A stretch of DNA of 64,000 bases from Candidatus Roizmanbacteria bacterium CG_4_9_14_0_2_um_filter_38_17 (GCA_002788855.1 PFSB01000013.1:21608-85607); one strand, 5' to 3'; counted from the stretch's first letter, positions 19,196-30,440 are shown. Notes: a model not told the origin generated them from the letters alone. Numbers and translations are program-made.

Positions 19196-22134
19196 TAAAT
19201 CGGATCGAAATTAGCTCATCTGTCCAGGATGCGGGAGCTGGTATATTGCTTGCTAAACTTCATAAATTAGGTTTTGCGATCAAAGTAAAGGCTGTCACAT
19301 TATCCCAGATTTACACAGTGGATGGTAAGCTGGGCAAAGTACAGCTAGATCTTGTAGCTTCTATGCTTACTAATCCCGTAACCCATAAAGTTGTTATTAA
19401 TTCGGTAGGGGAGATTAAAAAATTTAATTGGGCGTTAGAGATTGGTTTTTTGCCGGGTGTCACAGATAATGTTGCAAAGACAACTAGGGAGGCAATTGAA
19501 AATTTGCTAGATATACGGTTTGGTGAGAGTGAAGATGTTTATAGCTCCAATATGGTCTATATTTCAGGCAAGTTAACACGACAAGAAGTTGGATCAATCG
19601 CAGCTAATTTGGCCAATCCTCTGATTATGAGAATCCATATTAAAAGCTATAAGGAGTTTAGAAAAGATAATGGTATGGAAGAACAAGTTCCAAGAGTTAA
19701 GCTTGATGCAATGCCTAGTGTAATTGAGGTTGATCTTGATGTCAGTGATGAGGAATTAGTTGAAATAGGCAAGGAAGGAATAATGGGGAAAAAGGCAAGA
19801 AGAGGGCCACTGGCGCTGGATTTAGTATATATGCGTGAAATTCGTGACTACTTCAGAAAACTTAGGAGGAAGCCAACGGATGTAGAACTGGAATCAATAG
19901 CGCAGACATGGTCTGAACATTGTAAGCATACAATATTCGCCGATCCAATTGATGAAGTAAAAAATGGGCTATATAAAGAGTTTATTCAAAAAGCTACAAA
20001 AGAGATACGACTGCTCAAGGGTAAGGATGATTTTTGTGTATCGGTATTTACTGATAACTCGGGAGCGATTAAGTTTGATAAGAATTATTTAGTAACGGAT
20101 AAAGTAGAAACTCACAATAGCCCTTCAGCTTTGGATCCGTATGGCGGAGCAATTACAGGTATAGTTGGTGTAAATAGAGATACGATTGGATTTGGACAGG
20201 GGGCTAGACCCATTGCGAATAGGTATGGGTTTTGTTTTGCTGATCCAGGTGACATCGCCCCATTGTATAAAGGAAAAAATAAAACGCAAAAAATGCTATC
20301 TCCAAAATTCATCATGGAGGGGGTTATTGAGGGTGTGAATGTAGGTGGGAACTGTTCTGGTATTCCAACACCGCTTGGATTTTTACAGTTTGATAGCCGT
20401 TATAAAGGTAAGCCACTCGTATTCGTGGGAACCGTTGGTTTAATTCCTACTACGATTAAGGGAAAGGCGTCATATAAAAAGAGGGCAAAGCCAGGAGATT
20501 ATATTGTGATAATTGGAGGAAGAGTAGGGAAAGATGGTATTCATGGGGCTACATTTTCATCCGAAGCTTTGGATACGGGTAGTCCTGCAACAGCAGTACA
20601 GATCGGTGATCCCATAACTCAAAAAAAGCTTTCAGACGCTGTGGTAAAGGAGGCAAATAGGCAAAAACTATTTAATAGTATTACAGATAATGGAGCAGGA
20701 GGTATTTCGTGTTCAGTAGCCGAAATGGCTAAAGAGTGTAGTGGTTGTGAAGTGAACTTGGATAAAGTACCCCTTAAATATCCCAATTTGTCACCGTGGG
20801 AGATCTGGATTTCAGAATCTCAAGAGAGAATGACACTTGCAGTTCCCCCAGTTAAGTGGCTTAGATTTAAAAAACTTATGGAGAGTAGGGGAGTAGAAGT
20901 TGCTAATATTGGTAAATTTAGTAGTACTGGAATGTGCACCGTTTGGTACAAAGACCGAAAAGTAATGGATTTAAGCATGGATTTTTTACATGATGGTCTA
21001 CCAATTAGACCTATGCAAACTAGCTTTATAAGAACAAGGTATAAAGAACCAAAAATAGCTCATAATAAAAACTTAAATAAAGAAATATTACAGATGTTGG
21101 GAAGGGTAAATTTGACAGGGTTTGAATTTATTTCTACACAGTATGACCACGAAGTACAGGCAAGCTCGGTTCTTAAGCCTTTGCAAGGGAAGGGAAGAGT
21201 AAATGGAGAAGCAGCGGTAATAAAACCTGTTTTTAATTCTGATAGAGGAGTAGTGTTATCGCATGGGCTTTGCCCTTCGTATAGTGATATAGATACATAT
21301 CATATGGCAGCTTGTTCTATAGATACAGCTGTTAGAAATGCGGTAGCGGTGGGCGCTAATATTGATTACTTGGCATTACTGGATAATTTTTGCTGGTGTA
21401 GCTCAAGTGATAAAGCACGGCTAGGACAGCTAAAAAGAGCAGCTGAGGCTTGTTATGATACGGCAGTTTCTTATGGCACCCCGTTTATATCTGGTAAAGA
21501 CAGCATGTTTAATGATTTCAAGGGTTATGATGATAAAGGTAATCCAACCATAATCTCTATCCCCCCTACTTTACTTATATCCTCTATTGGTGTCATTGAG
21601 GATATATATAAAGTAGTAAGCTTAGACTTTAAATTTGCTGGTGATTACGTCTATTTACTTGGAGAGACAAACGATGAGTTGGGTGGCAGTGAGTATTATT
21701 CGATGCTTGATGAGATCGGAAATAATGTGCCAAGGGTCGATGCCGCAAGAAACAAGAGGCTTTACAGGGCATATTACAGAGCCATACAGAAGAATTTAAT
21801 TTCTTCTGGCTTGGCAATTGGTAAAGGTGGACTTGGTGTTGCACTGGCTAAAAAAGCTATTGCTGGTCAGCTGGGAGTTAAAGTTAGAATTAGTGATTTG
21901 CTAGGTAGAGACATAGATAGAATCTATACAGCTTTATTTAGCGAGAGCCAAGGAAGACTTTTGGTGAGCGTAAACCCAGAAAACGCAGCTGAGTTTGAAA
22001 AGGAAATGTTAGGTCAGTCAATTGTTAAACTCGGTGAAGTAACCAAAAATAGTAATTTTGTTGTTAAAGACATAGTTAATCTAGATTTGGATAAAATGAC
22101 AAAAGTATATAGGTCAAGTTTTAAAGGATATTGA
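19192..22134 (+). CDS. purL: FGAM synthase subunit PurL with N-terminal PurS-like domains
   Basis: QTWSEHCKH, KVETHNSPS, DNGAGG, SESQERM, ISGKDS; N-terminal LPGVTDN. Confidence 0.96.
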   Translation: MINRIEISSSVQDAGAGILLAKLHKLGFAIKVKAVTLSQIYTVDGKLGKVQLDLVASMLTNPVTHKVVINSVGEIKKFNWALEIGFLPGVTDNVAKTTREAIENLLDIRFGESEDVYSSNMVYISGKLTRQEVGSIAANLANPLIMRIHIKSYKEFRKDNGMEEQVPRVKLDAMPSVIEVDLDVSDEELVEIGKEGIMGKKARRGPLALDLVYMREIRDYFRKLRRKPTDVELESIAQTWSEHCKHTIFADPIDEVKNGLYKEFIQKATKEIRLLKGKDDFCVSVFTDNSGAIKFDKNYLVTDKVETHNSPSALDPYGGAITGIVGVNRDTIGFGQGARPIANRYGFCFADPGDIAPLYKGKNKTQKMLSPKFIMEGVIEGVNVGGNCSGIPTPLGFLQFDSRYKGKPLVFVGTVGLIPTTIKGKASYKKRAKPGDYIVIIGGRVGKDGIHGATFSSEALDTGSPATAVQIGDPITQKKLSDAVVKEANRQKLFNSITDNGAGGISCSVAEMAKECSGCEVNLDKVPLKYPNLSPWEIWISESQERMTLAVPPVKWLRFKKLMESRGVEVANIGKFSSTGMCTVWYKDRKVMDLSMDFLHDGLPIRPMQTSFIRTRYKEPKIAHNKNLNKEILQMLGRVNLTGFEFISTQYDHEVQASSVLKPLQGKGRVNGEAAVIKPVFNSDRGVVLSHGLCPSYSDIDTYHMAACSIDTAVRNAVAVGANIDYLALLDNFCWCSSSDKARLGQLKRAAEACYDTAVSYGTPFISGKDSMFNDFKGYDDKGNPTIISIPPTLLISSIGVIEDIYKVVSLDFKFAGDYVYLLGETNDELGGSEYYSMLDEIGNNVPRVDAARNKRLYRAYYRAIQKNLISSGLAIGKGGLGVALAKKAIAGQLGVKVRISDLLGRDIDRIYTALFSESQGRLLVSVNPENAAEFEKEMLGQSIVKLGEVTKNSNFVVKDIVNLDLDKMTKVYRSSFKGY

Positions 22135-22931
22135 TGAAACCAAAAGTATTAGTATTTTCTGGCTATGGTTTAAATTGTGAAGAGGAGACAAAATATGCTT
22201 TTGATTTGGTTGGAGCAGACGCTACTATTGTTCATATTAATGATCTTATTGCCAACAAAAAACTGCTAAATAAATACCAAATATTGGCATTTCCAGGGGG
22301 CTTTGCCTATGGAGATGATACGGGAGCAGGTAATGCATATGCAAATAAACTCAAAAACAACCTGTGGGAGGATTTAGTCAGGTTTATTAATAGAGACACA
22401 CTTACAATTGGAATCTGTAACGGTTTTCAGATTATTGCTAACCTTGGTTTGCTGCCCGCAATAAATAATAAATATGGCGAAAGACAAATAGCTCTATTGG
22501 CAAATGATTCAGTAAGATATATCGTTCGCTGGGTGGACCTTAAAGTAGAAAGTAGCTCTCCTTGGCTTAATGGAATTAAGGAACTATCTATTCCTATTGC
22601 TCATGGAGAGGGAAAGTTTTATGCAGAAAGCACTCTCTTAGATAAGTTAGAAAGTGAAGGTCAAATTGCATTAACATATACAAATGGTCCTATCTGTGAG
22701 CACTTTGAGTATGATGCAAATCCCAATGGCTCTCTTCGGGATATTGCAGGTGTTACTGATCCAACTGGTAGAATACTTGGGTTAATGCCACATCCAGAGC
22801 GCGGAATGTTCTTTACTCAGCTTCCCCACTGGACATATCTAAAAGAGCAACATTTGAGAGAAGGTAGGAAGTTTCCAAAATATGCAGACGGCCTAAAGAT
22901 ATTCAAAAATGCTGTGAAGTGTTTTAAATAA
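22131..22931 (+). CDS. purQ: FGAM synthase glutaminase subunit
   Basis: GLNCEEET, PGGFAYGD, GICNGFQ, AHGEG, GLMPHPER. Confidence 0.96.
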   Translation: MMKPKVLVFSGYGLNCEEETKYAFDLVGADATIVHINDLIANKKLLNKYQILAFPGGFAYGDDTGAGNAYANKLKNNLWEDLVRFINRDTLTIGICNGFQIIANLGLLPAINNKYGERQIALLANDSVRYIVRWVDLKVESSSPWLNGIKELSIPIAHGEGKFYAESTLLDKLESEGQIALTYTNGPICEHFEYDANPNGSLRDIAGVTDPTGRILGLMPHPERGMFFTQLPHWTYLKEQHLREGRKFPKYADGLKIFKNAVKCFK

Positions 22932-22961
22932 GTGTCAAACGTCCAACGTTTGACACTTATT
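22927..22961. repeat. REP palindrome family A, left flank of RAYT
   Basis: AATAAGTGTCAAACGT-CCA-ACGTTTGACACTTATT. Confidence 0.92.
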
Positions 22962-23592
22962 GTGTGAATTCTTTTAGGCTTCCGATGGTGTTGAAGTTGT
23001 GTTTGATAAATTCCATATTTAGTAATTTATTATCCTTTAAATCTATGTATACGGGCCATGAAGACCATATATATTTGTGTAGATTTTCCTTTTCAATTAA
23101 CTCGGCAACTAATGGATTAAGATGAATGTATCTAATTAATTGAATTAGTTGCTCATCTGTTAGAACAATGACTGACTTTGCATTGCTTTCGAATACAGAT
23201 CCCTTGAAATCATGTTTAGTATTTAGGTACTTTGAGTAACTTGTTAGCAGTCTGTGAATGTATTCTGATATGCCATCGTCTCTAAGCTGTTTAAGTACTA
23301 AGTGAAAATGGTTTGGCATTTCAACATATGCTAGAATATCAACTGGCGCAGATTTATATTTGTTGTTATGTTCGTATTTCTCCATTATTTCCTCTTCTGT
23401 ACGACCTAATTTTTTACCCCGGTTTACTTCGCGTATAAATAAACTATATGAATAGTCGTAGGTCTTACACCAGAATAAAAGTTTCTCCCAGCGTTGATAG
23501 TCAGCATTGTTCATATATATTAGTGATTTGCGCACTCCACGACTGTATATGTGATAGATCTGATCAGTTATAAATTCATTTTTATGTTGCAT
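22957..23592 (-). mobile_element. REP-associated tyrosine transposase (RAYT, HUH Y1 family)
   Basis: YHIYSRG, AYVEMPNHFHL (HUH), GSVFE, RYIHLNP (catalytic Tyr), YIWSS. Confidence 0.92.
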
Positions 23593-23617
23593 ATTAATTA
23601 AAACATTATCATTAAAT

Positions 23618-23642
23618 GTGTCAAACGTCCAGCGTTTGACAC
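23618..23642. repeat. REP palindrome family A, right flank of RAYT
   Basis: GTGTCAAACG-TCCAG-CGTTTGACAC. Confidence 0.92.
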
Positions 23643-23665
23643 TATATATTGTTATAATGTAGCTG

Positions 23666-24796
23666 ATGTTTGGTAATAGAATAGGTATTGTGGGTGGGGG
23701 ACAATTAGGGAGGATGCTGGGATTTGCTGCTAAGAAAATGGGGTTTTATGTTATGGTAACTGATCCAACTCCCAATAGCCCTGCGGGGCAGGTAGTAGAT
23801 CATCAGATAGTTGCGAATTATCAGGACGAGAAAGCTATTAGAGAGTTAGGAGAAAACTCGGATTTTCTTACTTTTGAGATAGAGCTAGCAAATGCAGAAA
23901 TATTAAAAGAGCTATCAGATAAAGGTTTACAGATTAATCCATCTGCAAAAACATTGGGTATTATAAAAGATAAGCTGGAGCAGAAAAAATTTCTACAAAA
24001 AGCAAAAGTACCAACAGCTAAGTTTATGGAAGTTAAATCTCGGGAAGATATTATTAAGGCAGGAGCGAAATTTGGTTATCCACTGATGCTGAAAGCTAGA
24101 TTTGATGCCTATGATGGAAGAGGCAACGCAGTTATAAAAACAAAGGAAAATATTAATCAAGCTCTGATAAAACTTGATGGTCGCAGATTATATGTGGAGG
24201 CCTGGGTGAAGTTTGAGAAAGAGTTGGCTGTAATGGTAGCAAGATCAACTAGTGGTGATATAAAATCATTCCCTGTTGTAGAAACTCTGCATAAGAATAA
24301 TATTTGTCACTTAGTGTTTGCACCTGCGCAAGTGAAGGGAAAAATAATAAAAAACGCCCAGAAACTGGCTAAAAATGTTATGAAAAGTTTAGGAGGAGCT
24401 GGAGTGTTTGGGATAGAGATGTTTTTGACAGATAAAGGGCAAGTGCTAATTAATGAATTAGCTCCCAGAGTTCATAACTCGGGTCACTATACTATGGAAG
24501 GATGTGCGACTTCCCAGTTTGAGCAGCATATTAGAGCAATTACAGGAATGCCCTTGGGAGATACTAAACTTATTCATCCAGCTGTAGTAATGATAAACAT
24601 TCTTGGTGAAAGAGAAGGCATTGCCCAACCCGATGGGCTGCATATGGTTCATAAGTTACCTGGTACCTCTGTGCATATATATGGAAAACTTGAGACAAGA
24701 CCTGAGCGGAAAATGGGCCACATTACGGTAGTTGCAGATGATATAAATACTGCACATAAACTAGCACTAAAAGCTCGTAAATTTGTTAAAATATAA
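23666..24796 (+). CDS. purK: N5-CAIR synthase
   Basis: GGGQLGRM, YDGRGN, NELAPRVHNSGH, RKMGH. Confidence 0.97.
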   Translation: MFGNRIGIVGGGQLGRMLGFAAKKMGFYVMVTDPTPNSPAGQVVDHQIVANYQDEKAIRELGENSDFLTFEIELANAEILKELSDKGLQINPSAKTLGIIKDKLEQKKFLQKAKVPTAKFMEVKSREDIIKAGAKFGYPLMLKARFDAYDGRGNAVIKTKENINQALIKLDGRRLYVEAWVKFEKELAVMVARSTSGDIKSFPVVETLHKNNICHLVFAPAQVKGKIIKNAQKLAKNVMKSLGGAGVFGIEMFLTDKGQVLINELAPRVHNSGHYTMEGCATSQFEQHIRAITGMPLGDTKLIHPAVVMINILGEREGIAQPDGLHMVHKLPGTSVHIYGKLETRPERKMGHITVVADDINTAHKLALKARKFVKI

Positions 24797-24802
24797 GAAA
24801 TA

Positions 24803-25321
24803 ATGAAAAGTAAAAAAACTTGCTTAATAGGAATAATTATGGGAAGTGATTCAGATCTTCTCGTAATGAGAGAGGCAGCACTTGTGCTAGAAGAGTTGGG
24901 AGTAGGGTATGAGTTAACTATAGTCTCTGCGCATAGAACACCAAGTAGAATGACTGAGTATGCCGCAGGTGCTGCAAAGCGCAATATAAAAGTAATAATT
25001 GCTGGAGCTGGAGGAGCGGCACACTTACCTGGAATGACTGCTGCCATAACTACACTACCAGTAATAGGGGTTCCTATTAAGACAAGTACACTGAACGGTA
25101 TTGATTCACTATATTCAATTGTGCAAATGCCAAAAGGTATACCGGTTGCAACAGTTGCAATCAATGGGGCAAAGAATGCGGGTATTTTAGCGGCACAAAT
25201 TATTGCAACTGGAGATAAAAAACTACATAATTTGATTGGGAAATTTAGAAAAGCCCAAGAGGATGAAGTTCTTGTAAAAGCAGAAAGACTAGAGAGGGTA
25301 GGGTTTAAGGAGTATGAGTAA
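24803..25321 (+). CDS. purE: N5-CAIR mutase
   Basis: [34 protein letters not shown]. Confidence 0.98.
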   Translation: MKSKKTCLIGIIMGSDSDLLVMREAALVLEELGVGYELTIVSAHRTPSRMTEYAAGAAKRNIKVIIAGAGGAAHLPGMTAAITTLPVIGVPIKTSTLNGIDSLYSIVQMPKGIPVATVAINGAKNAGILAAQIIATGDKKLHNLIGKFRKAQEDEVLVKAERLERVGFKEYE

Positions 25322-26291
25322 AATACAAGATTCGATTCCGAATATTTTAGAAACAGTAAATATTAAAGGTGTGGGTAGCAAACATTCTGGTAAAGTTCGG
25401 GACTTTTATATATTAGGAGATAGGCGTATTTTGATTACAACAGATCGCCAGTCTGCATTTAACTATAACTTAGGATTAGTGCCATACAAGGGAGCGGTAT
25501 TAAATCAGCTGTCTAAGTTTTGGTTTGATAGATCGCAGAATATTATTCCTAACCACATGATAGCAATTCCGGACCCTAATGTGATGATCGCTAAAAACTG
25601 TAAACCCATACCTATCGAGATGGTTGTTAGGGGATATATGAGTGGAGTGACCATTACCTCTATTTGGCATTCTTATCAAAAGGGTGAGAGAAATATTTAT
25701 GGGATAGACTTTCCAAATGGTTTAAATAAGAATGAAAAACTTTCTAAACCAATGCTTACGCCTACAACTCATCCTGATCCCGAGAGTGGTAGCCACGATG
25801 ATGAGAGACTAACTAGAGCTGAGATACTAGACAAGCAAATTATACCTACAGAGCAGTATCTCCAGATGGAGAAGGTGGCCTTAGAATTATTTAAGCTTGG
25901 TTCGGATGTATGTAAAAAAAGTGGATTAATACTAGTAGATACTAAATATGAGTTTGGAATCTATGAAGACAAGTTAATTCAGATTGATGAGATGCATACG
26001 CCTGATTCTTCGCGCTTCTGGATTGCAGATACTTATGAGGAGCGAATTAGTAAAGGCGAGGAACCAGATAACTTTGACAAGGAATTCTTAAGGCTCTATT
26101 ACACCACTAAACTTGGTTATAAGGGAACAGGAGAGCCACAACAAATGCCAGAAGAGCTAACTATAGACTTGGCACAGAGATATATAGATGTGTACGAGAA
26201 GCAAACAGGTGAAAAATTTGAACTATTTGACTACCCAATAGAAGATAGAATTAGAGAAAATGTAGCTAAGTATTTAGCTAATAATCCTTAG
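25314..26291 (+). CDS. purC: SAICAR synthase
   Basis: [42 protein letters not shown]. Confidence 0.97.
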   Translation: MSKIQDSIPNILETVNIKGVGSKHSGKVRDFYILGDRRILITTDRQSAFNYNLGLVPYKGAVLNQLSKFWFDRSQNIIPNHMIAIPDPNVMIAKNCKPIPIEMVVRGYMSGVTITSIWHSYQKGERNIYGIDFPNGLNKNEKLSKPMLTPTTHPDPESGSHDDERLTRAEILDKQIIPTEQYLQMEKVALELFKLGSDVCKKSGLILVDTKYEFGIYEDKLIQIDEMHTPDSSRFWIADTYEERISKGEEPDNFDKEFLRLYYTTKLGYKGTGEPQQMPEELTIDLAQRYIDVYEKQTGEKFELFDYPIEDRIRENVAKYLANNP

Positions 26292-26322
26292 GTGTCAACT
26301 CAACCCACTCCAGGAGTGGGTT
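26283..26322. repeat. Palindrome family B, copy 1 (between convergent purC and purM)
   Basis: AATCCTTAGGTGTCAACTC-AACCCACTCC-A-GGAGTGGGTT; inverted near-identical copy at 57480-57519. Confidence 0.9.
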
Positions 26323-27429
26323 TTAGGGAGTGTAGATTATATTTTTTGGTTCGATGATAACCTGCTTTTTGCCCTTTTTTACGTATCCCATATTAAGAAG
26401 ATTAATTTTATGTTTTTTACAGATACGACTCATTCTGGTTTCTACATCTGTTGGTGCAAAGATAACAAACCCTAATCCCATGTTCCAGGTCTCATAAGCT
26501 TCCTCTTCTGACATATTTTCTAGCGCCTGCATATAAGCTAATACGCGAGGCTTTTTTGGCAGCTTGTTTATTAAGTAGGTGTAGCTCTTTTTATTGCGCA
26601 TGACTTTTCTGAATGCACTACCGGAAATATTGCTCATGTAGTGAATATCTACTCCTGATTTCAGCATCTCTAGAACTGGTTTTACGTAGATTTGAGTTGG
26701 TTTTAGCAGCTCTTCTCCAAGCGTCTTATTGCCGAACCTAGTAAAGTATCCTTGAGGCAGTTTCTCAACTATACGCCTTGCGAGAGATAAGCCATTTGTA
26801 TGAATTCCACTAGCTGTTAGTGCATAGATTCTATCTCCAGATTTCAGTTTTTTACCAAAAATTGCTGCTGATTTAGGCTTAATCATACCAATGGCAGAAC
26901 CAGTGATACTGGATGTCTTAGGCGATATTATATCTGTCAAAGTAGGTGATTCACCACTGGGAATAGCTATTCCTGCCTCCATGCAGCCTTTACGTAATCC
27001 TTTGAATAATCCAGAAATGAATTCCTTGTCAGTGAATTTTTTATAATTACCCGCTGCTATTTCATCAGATAAGGCGATTGGTGTTGCACCTAGGCAGATC
27101 ATGTCATTCATATTGGAAGCAATAAGATCTATTCCTAGTCCTTGATACAGTGTTGAAATTCGACCTTTGAATTTTCTCTTATCAGAGCGTATATCCTGAG
27201 CCATGTTATCTGCAATAAGACTTTTGGTGCCGATACCGTCTGTTTTAAAAGCGAGATAGAAGTCGTAATCTTTAAAATCCAATAATGCTGCGGGCTCCCC
27301 CAGACTTTCAGTAACTATATTAATCTTATTTTTTGCTAAATTATGCTGCGTTGCATTGAGAAGATCTATGAATCCTTGCTTAAATGGATCCTTTTTTTCA
27401 AAGCCTTCTATGTCTTTGTATCTTGTCAT
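26323..27429 (-). CDS. purM: AIR synthase (cyclo-ligase)
   Basis: TDGIGTKS, NDMICLGA, SGIHTNGLSL, TWNMGLG. Confidence 0.94.
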   Translation of the reverse strand: MTRYKDIEGFEKKDPFKQGFIDLLNATQHNLAKNKINIVTESLGEPAALLDFKDYDFYLAFKTDGIGTKSLIADNMAQDIRSDKRKFKGRISTLYQGLGIDLIASNMNDMICLGATPIALSDEIAAGNYKKFTDKEFISGLFKGLRKGCMEAGIAIPSGESPTLTDIISPKTSSITGSAIGMIKPKSAAIFGKKLKSGDRIYALTASGIHTNGLSLARRIVEKLPQGYFTRFGNKTLGEELLKPTQIYVKPVLEMLKSGVDIHYMSNISGSAFRKVMRNKKSYTYLINKLPKKPRVLAYMQALENMSEEEAYETWNMGLGFVIFAPTDVETRMSRICKKHKINLLNMGYVKKGKKQVIIEPKNIIYTP

Positions 27430-27491
27430 CGCGCTAATATTAAGCTTTTCTCATAGACATGTCAATCCAGTGATGATAAAATCAGTCAATC

Positions 27492-27926
27492 ATGTCAATA
27501 TTTGCACAGCACAATGATATTCAGTTTGCAGTAGGAGATACCATAAGGGTTAACTATAAAATTATAGAGAGAGTAAAAAAGGTTGGTACTGCAAAAAGAG
27601 AAGTAAAGGAAGAAGTTCACGAACGTATTCAACCATTTGAAGGGATCGTGGTAGGAATTAAAGGTGGAAGTGCAACGAAATCGTTTACTATACGCAAAAT
27701 TGCAAGTTATAATGTTGCAGTTGAGAGAATTATTCCAATTTCTTCACCTTGGTTAAAAAGTATTGAAATTGTAAGCCAAGGTAAAGTAAGAAGAGGGAAG
27801 CTAGGGTACCTTCGAACCCGCACGGGAAAATCTGCTACATATATTAAACCAAAAGTTGTTGAAGAAAAGAAAATAGTTAAGAAAGCTAAATCTACAAAAG
27901 TTGCTAAAACAGCAAAAAAGAAATAA
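27492..27926 (+). CDS. rplS: 50S ribosomal protein L19
   Basis: GDTIRVNYKI, RIQPFEGIV, FTIRKI, GKVRRGKLGYLR. Confidence 0.96.
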   Translation: MSIFAQHNDIQFAVGDTIRVNYKIIERVKKVGTAKREVKEEVHERIQPFEGIVVGIKGGSATKSFTIRKIASYNVAVERIIPISSPWLKSIEIVSQGKVRRGKLGYLRTRTGKSATYIKPKVVEEKKIVKKAKSTKVAKTAKKK

Positions 27927-27932
27927 GGTAAA

Positions 27933-28445
27933 TTATTCTACAGCTAAGAGTTCTACTTCAAAGAGTAATGGTGAGTTTGGAGGAATTGGCCCTTGACCAG
28001 TCTCTCCGTATGCAAGATCTGAAGGTATTGTTAGCTTGCGCGTTCCTCCTACTTTCATACCCTGAACCCCTTGATCCCATCCTGGAATTACCTGGCCTAC
28101 GCCAAGAGTAAAGCTAAATGGAGCTCCTCGATCCAGTGAACTATCAAACTTGGTTCCATTAAGTAGTCTTCCAGTGTAATGTACAGAAATTGTAGCTCCG
28201 GAAGTTGCTTCCGCACCACTGCCAACTACAATATCTTCTGCTAGTAATTCTGTAACGACTGCGGTATTGGAGTCATCTGGGCTTGTGGAAACTGGTTGTG
28301 ATTCAGAGATTGCTTGAGGTACGCTGAGACCAATATCCACCTGTTTGTCTGTATTTGTATTCTTTTTCATTATATATAATCCCCCAATAATAACTACTAT
28401 GATAATGAGTATTGTTATACGCAAACCAAACTTATCATCATCCAT
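27933..28445 (-). CDS. Membrane-anchored FKBP peptidyl-prolyl isomerase
   Basis: [23 protein letters not shown]; N-terminal TM helix. Confidence 0.95.
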   Translation of the reverse strand: MDDDKFGLRITILIIIVVIIGGLYIMKKNTNTDKQVDIGLSVPQAISESQPVSTSPDDSNTAVVTELLAEDIVVGSGAEATSGATISVHYTGRLLNGTKFDSSLDRGAPFSFTLGVGQVIPGWDQGVQGMKVGGTRKLTIPSDLAYGETGQGPIPPNSPLLFEVELLAVE

Positions 28446-28503
28446 TATTTTGTTATTTTAACACACATAGCTCTAAATGATATGGTATACTTTGTTTTGT
28501 AGT

Positions 28504-29445
28504 ATGAACGTACAAACACTTCAGGTTTATTCCAAGGAGAATGATGGCGAACTTTTTCAGGTTATTGAAAGTTTAGCTATGGCTGGCAAAAAAATAGCTA
28601 AAGATATAAATAGAGCTGGCTTGATAGATTTGTTAGGTCTAACGGGAGAGGTAAATGTTCAAGGTGAAGAAGTTAAAAAATTAGATGAGTTTTCTAATAA
28701 AGTATTTGAAGAAGAGCTAGGCAAATCTGGAGCTGTAGCAGGGTATGCTTCTGAGGAAAACGAGGGTGTTGTGGACTATAGTAATAGTGGGCAATATATA
28801 GTAAGTGTTGACCCACTGGATGGATCTTCCAATATTGATGCAAATGTTAGCGTAGGTAGTATATTTTCAGTTTTGAAAAGAATAAGTAGAGATAAGGTTA
28901 GTGAGGTTGATTTCTTGCAAAAGGGGAGTGAGCAAGTTATGGCAGGGTATTTCCTATATGGGTCGAGCACAATGCTAGTGTATTCTACAGGTAGTAGGGT
29001 AAATGGCTTTACCAAGGACCCGGATACTGGCGATTTTATACTATCACATGAAAACATTAAAACCCCAGAGGAAGGCATTGTATATAGTATTAATGAAAGT
29101 TATTCGCTAAATTGGGATAGTAAGTTAACAAAATATATTGAACTTCTGAAAGGTAAGAAATATAAAGCAAGATACATTGGATCTTTGGTTTCGGACTTTC
29201 ATCGCAATTTATTATATGGAGGAATATACGTATACCCAGCTGATAGTAAAAATGTTGACGGAAAGTTAAGACTTGTTTATGAATGCAATCCTATAGCGTT
29301 TGTAGTTACTCAAGCTGGGGGGAGAGCAACTAATGGTGATGAAGATATTTTAGATATAATCCCTACAAAAGTTCATCAAAGAACACCATTTTATGTAGGA
29401 AGTAAGGGAGATATTGAATTATGGAAGGAGGTAGATCAAAAGTAA
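28504..29445 (+). CDS. fbp: Class 1 fructose-1,6-bisphosphatase
   Basis: NVQGEEVKKLD, DPLDGSSNID, RYIGSLV, GKLRLVYE. Confidence 0.96.
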   Translation: MNVQTLQVYSKENDGELFQVIESLAMAGKKIAKDINRAGLIDLLGLTGEVNVQGEEVKKLDEFSNKVFEEELGKSGAVAGYASEENEGVVDYSNSGQYIVSVDPLDGSSNIDANVSVGSIFSVLKRISRDKVSEVDFLQKGSEQVMAGYFLYGSSTMLVYSTGSRVNGFTKDPDTGDFILSHENIKTPEEGIVYSINESYSLNWDSKLTKYIELLKGKKYKARYIGSLVSDFHRNLLYGGIYVYPADSKNVDGKLRLVYECNPIAFVVTQAGGRATNGDEDILDIIPTKVHQRTPFYVGSKGDIELWKEVDQK

Positions 29446-29447
29446 AC

Positions 29448-30440
29448 ATGGATAAACAGAAATTAGAAGATATAGCAAAAAAAATAGTAGCAAAGAGTAA
29501 AGGAATTTTAGCAGCAGATGAAAGCTCTGGTACCATTAAAAAAAGATTAGATAGCATTAATGTGGAGTCTACTGAAGATAGCCGCAGAAACTACAGACAA
29601 CTTTTGTTTGAAGCTTCTGGAATTGAGAACTATATTAGCGGTGTGATTCTTTTTGACGAAACAATAAGACAACAAACAGATGCTGGAAAGAAACTGATTG
29701 AGATTTTGAGTGATAAAAACATAATCGCTGGTATTAAAGTAGATATGGGGGCAAAAGATTTAGCTTTCTATCCTGGTGAAAAAATAACTGAGGGTTTAAC
29801 TGGTTTGAGAGAAAGATTAGCTGAATATAGTGAATTGGGAGCTGGTTTTTCCAAATGGAGAGCTGTTATTGAACTGGGAGACGGCATTCCAACCGACGCG
29901 TGTATAGATGCTAATACTCATGCACTAGCAAGATATGCAGCTTTATCACAAGAAGCAGGCATAGTTCCCGTTGTGGAACCAGAGGTTCTAATGACTGGAA
30001 CTCACACAATTGAGGAGCACGCTGAAATAACAAAAAAAACACTACAGATAGTGTTTAAGGAGCTTAATAAGTATAGGGTACATATTCCAGGAATGCTTTT
30101 AAAGCCAAATATGATAGCAACTGGCCTTGATGGAGATATACAGTCGACGTCTCAGGAAGTAGCAGAGGCAACTTTAGCAGTCTTTAAGGAAGTTTTACCA
30201 GATGAATTACCAGGAATAGTATTTTTATCAGGGGGTTTATCTCCGGATAGTGCAACTGCGCATTTGGCAGCAATTAACTCAAGAGGAGATCAGCCATGGG
30301 AATTAAGTTATTCGTTTGGAAGAGCGCTGCAGGGAGAAGCATTAGATGTGTGGCAAGGTAAATCAGAAAATACTGAAGCTGCACAAAAAGCATTAATTGA
30401 GAGAGCAAAAAAAGTGTCTCAGGCACGAGACGGTATTTAG
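29448..30440 (+). CDS. Class I fructose-bisphosphate aldolase (eukaryote-like family)
   Basis: KGILAADES, GVILFDET, SKWRAV, VPVVEPEV, LLKPNM, FLSGG, SFGRALQ. Confidence 0.95.
   Translation: MDKQKLEDIAKKIVAKSKGILAADESSGTIKKRLDSINVESTEDSRRNYRQLLFEASGIENYISGVILFDETIRQQTDAGKKLIEILSDKNIIAGIKVDMGAKDLAFYPGEKITEGLTGLRERLAEYSELGAGFSKWRAVIELGDGIPTDACIDANTHALARYAALSQEAGIVPVVEPEVLMTGTHTIEEHAEITKKTLQIVFKELNKYRVHIPGMLLKPNMIATGLDGDIQSTSQEVAEATLAVFKEVLPDELPGIVFLSGGLSPDSATAHLAAINSRGDQPWELSYSFGRALQGEALDVWQGKSENTEAAQKALIERAKKVSQARDGI

Noticed and set aside
14022-27429. Absence of purB, purH and purS as a novel purine pathway
   Set aside because: No unexplained gene in the cluster could replace them; PurS-like domains are fused to PurL and the others may lie outside the window.
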